A stretch of DNA of 64,000 nucleotides, taken from Mobula hypostoma (Eukaryota). Positions 61,417 through 64,000 of the stretch are shown one piece after another. The stretch spans positions 44,890,001 to 44,954,000 of the forward strand of contig NC_086097.1 in NCBI RefSeq assembly GCF_963921235.1. The letters are read 5' to 3'. The notes under the pieces were generated by a model. That model made no database searches. It was given only the letters and a program-made list of their open reading frames with translations, and had not been told where the DNA came from. The first letter of the stretch is position 1; each line of letters starts with the position of its first letter. A program made the translations under genes and the position numbers.

Positions 61417-62140
61417 TCATAAAGTTAAAATGATCTCAAAAACCATCTTATTCACTACTTTGCCACCTTCAACCCAAAATGTTTTCAGCCACAGTCCATA
61501 CATACACATCTGAGTTGGCTGTTCTGTGGTTTTCACATATATCATGCTTTTTCCTATTCCTCTTGACTTACATATTCTGAGAAAATTGCACAACTACTTG
61601 AAACAAAATTCAAAATTGAGAGTATTATTATTGAATAATACTTTTGTAGTTCATAGCAATCAGTGATTGTGACGGGGCCAATGCTTAAATCCAAATATTG
61701 TGGCAGATTGCTGATGTTGAACATGATTTAGCAATTTTTTATGAACTGTTTATGGTTTTTGTTTTAGATAAACTGCACCTTTGTGATCAGCACTATTCTG
61801 AAAATAGCGTGCGCAAAAATATGTTTGTGTGGTTGACCTTTACAGACTTCCTGCAACCTCTCACTGGAGTCACACAATAGGTTTCTCTCAATTATTACTA
61901 ATTTATTACTCATAGCTTTTTGCTAATATTCTTAATTACACTATAATAAATGTTTTATCCAAGCCTATTTGTTGCACCAGCCATAAAGATATTCTAAAAT
62001 ATGAAAAAATATTAGTTCTCATCAGAATTTTATTATTTTAGATTTAAAGTGTTAGCAGTCACAAGAAATTAGTTGCACAAAGGTATATACAAGATGGAGA
62101 TGTATAACATAGCTTGACAGACAATAAATGATCCAACAAC

Positions 62141-62345
62141 AAAAATACTGTAGATGTTGAAAAATCTGAAATAAAACAGAAAATGATAAAAACACAGTGA
62201 AGTAGTATCTGTGGAGAGAGAAACAGGGTTAATGACATCAGTCTAAAATGTTCATTTTGTTTCCCTCACCATGGTTGCTGCTAAATCTACTGAATGATTC
62301 CACCCTCTAATTTTTATATTAGACTTCAAACATCTACAGCTTTTG
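62141..62345. mobile_element. Old inverted PLE-terminus element
   Basis: Left aaatactgtagatgttgaaaaatctgaaataaaa is inverse to right ttttatattagacttcaaacatctacagcttt. Confidence 0.55.
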
Positions 62346-62427
62346 CTTTTCACTTAAAGTTCAAAGTATAAATTTATTTAAAATTGTGTTACCATTTATA
62401 TAAATTAATTGGTCTTTGTAAATTTTA

Positions 62428-62547
62428 CAGTGCCTTGAAAAATTATTCTGCCCCCACAACTACTTTCACATTTTACCATCTCATCTTCTAAATGTAAAAT
62501 CTATTGGTCAGATTTTTTTTTGAGCTAAACGACAATATATTGCACAT
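62428..62547 (+). mobile_element. Tc1 terminal fragment
   Basis: TA-cagtgccttgaaaaattattc..ccccc resembles the TIR at 37052. Confidence 0.55.
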
Positions 62548-62639
62548 CAGAATCAGATTCATATTTAATAGCACCCACATATGTTGTGAAACTTGCTACT
62601 ATGCAGCACCAGAATAATAATTTTAAAAAAGTGTAGAGT

Positions 62640-64000
62640 CAAAGAGTCATTGAACAGTACAGAAGGTCCTTCAGCCCTTCTAGTCCATACCAAAACATTT
62701 AATATGTCTACTCCCATCGACCTGTTCTGGGACTTTAGCACTCCACGCCCCTACTATCTGTGTATCTATCCAAACTTCTCTTAAACACATGCACTACTTT
62801 TGCTGGCAGCTCGTTTCACACTCTCACAACCCTCTGAGTGAAGAGGTTTCTCCTCATGTTCCTCTTAAATTTTTCACCTTTCACCCTAAACCCATGACCT
62901 CTAGTTGTTGTCCCACCCAACCTCAGTGGAAAAAGCCTGTTTGCATTTACCCTATCTATACCCCTCATAATTTTGCACACATCTATCAAATTTACTCTCT
63001 ATCTTCTACGTTCCAAGGAATAAGTCCTAACCTATTTAATCTTTTCTTACAACACAGGTCCTCCAATCCCAGCAACATCCTTGTAAATTTTCTCTTTATT
63101 CTTTCAACCTAATTTCTTGTAGGTGGGTGACCAAAACTGCACACAATACTCCAAATTAGACTTCGTCAACATCTCATACACCTTCAACATAACATCCCAA
63201 ATCCTGAACTTAATACTGTGATTGATGAAGGCCAATGTTCCAATGTTTATGACCCTATCTACCTGTGATGTCATGTCAATGAATTATGGACCTGTATTCC
63301 CAGATGGCTTTGTGCTACAGCGCTCCTCAGTGATCTAATGTTCACTGTGTATGACCTACCCTGCTTGGATCTACTGATGTGCAACACCTCACACTTGTCT
63401 GAATTAAATTCTATCTGCCAGTTGTCAGTACATTTTTCCAGAAGGTCCAGATCCCACTGCAAGCTCTGACAGTCTTCTTCACTGTGCACCCCCAACATTA
63501 GTCTCACCCAAAGATTTGCTGATCCAGTTAACCACATTATCACCCAGATCATTGATAAAGATGACAAACTACAACGGACCCAGCACCAGTCCCCACGGCA
63601 CTCCACTAGTCACAGGCCTCCAGTCAGAGTGGCAACCATATACTACCACTGTGGCTTCTCCCACAAAGCCAATGTCTAAACCAATTTATTACCTCATCTT
63701 GAATGCCAAGCAAATGAATCTTCTGAACCAACATCCCATGTGGGACCTTATCAAATGCTTTATAAACAACATCCATTGCCTTGCATCCATCAACTTTCCT
63801 CATAACTTCGTGGAAAAACTCTATAAGGTTTGTTAGACACGACCTACCACACATGAAACCATGCTGACTATCTTTAATCAGTCCATATCCATCCAAATAC
63901 TCATATATCCAGTCTTTTAGAATACTTTCCAATAACTTTCCCACTACTTAATTTCCTGGTTTATTTTTAGAGCCGTTCTTAAACAGTGCAACAACATTAG
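62640..64000 (-). mobile_element. Decayed CR1 LINE continuing beyond the window
   Basis: GKLLESILKD...DSQHGF..GRSCLTNLIEFF...KAFDKVPHG and WQIEFNSDKCEVLH. Confidence 0.9.

Noticed and set aside
1..64000. Short ORFs of 60-140 aa as genes; prokaryotic systems such as CRISPR, operons or retrons
   Set aside because: The ORFs are antisense or off-frame readings of repeats, or random, and many use non-ATG starts. There is no repeat-spacer array. All RTs are eukaryotic retroelement types.
1..64000. LINE strand bias as an indicator of host-gene orientation
   Set aside because: A rough count shows only a mild minus-strand excess, too weak to interpret.

Overview
This is eukaryotic, repeat-dense, non-genic or intronic DNA. 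No complete cellular gene, rRNA, tRNA or CRISPR array is supportable. The repeat mix suggests a cartilaginous fish, probably a ray (inference): CR1 LINEs, Penelope-like elements (PLEs) with hammerhead motifs, Rex1/Babar and RTE fragments, V-SINEs, Tc1, hAT and Ty3/Gypsy. Almost all long ORFs are decayed transposon reading frames. The best-preserved elements are a 5'-truncated PLE with a 12-bp TSD (5950-8210), two young CR1 copies (44.7-46.9 kb and 60.2-61.4 kb), a near-intact DD34E Tc1 fused directly to a 5'-deleted Gypsy provirus (47.4-52.4 kb), a nested hAT-in-hAT, a solo LTR, and two TSD-bounded non-autonomous retroposons. Four observations stand out. (1) A TSD-bounded 98-bp-arm palindrome built from PLE termini carries an intact minimal hammerhead ribozyme on each strand, and two older insertions have similar architecture. 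(2) Two separately inserted CR1 copies share the same premature TAG. (3) An RTE-type non-autonomous element resembles, from memory, marsupial RTE-SINEs. (4) A 15-nt minus-strand microexon candidate has strong splice signals. Family names come from motif recognition, not database searches. Boundaries of old repeats are approximate.
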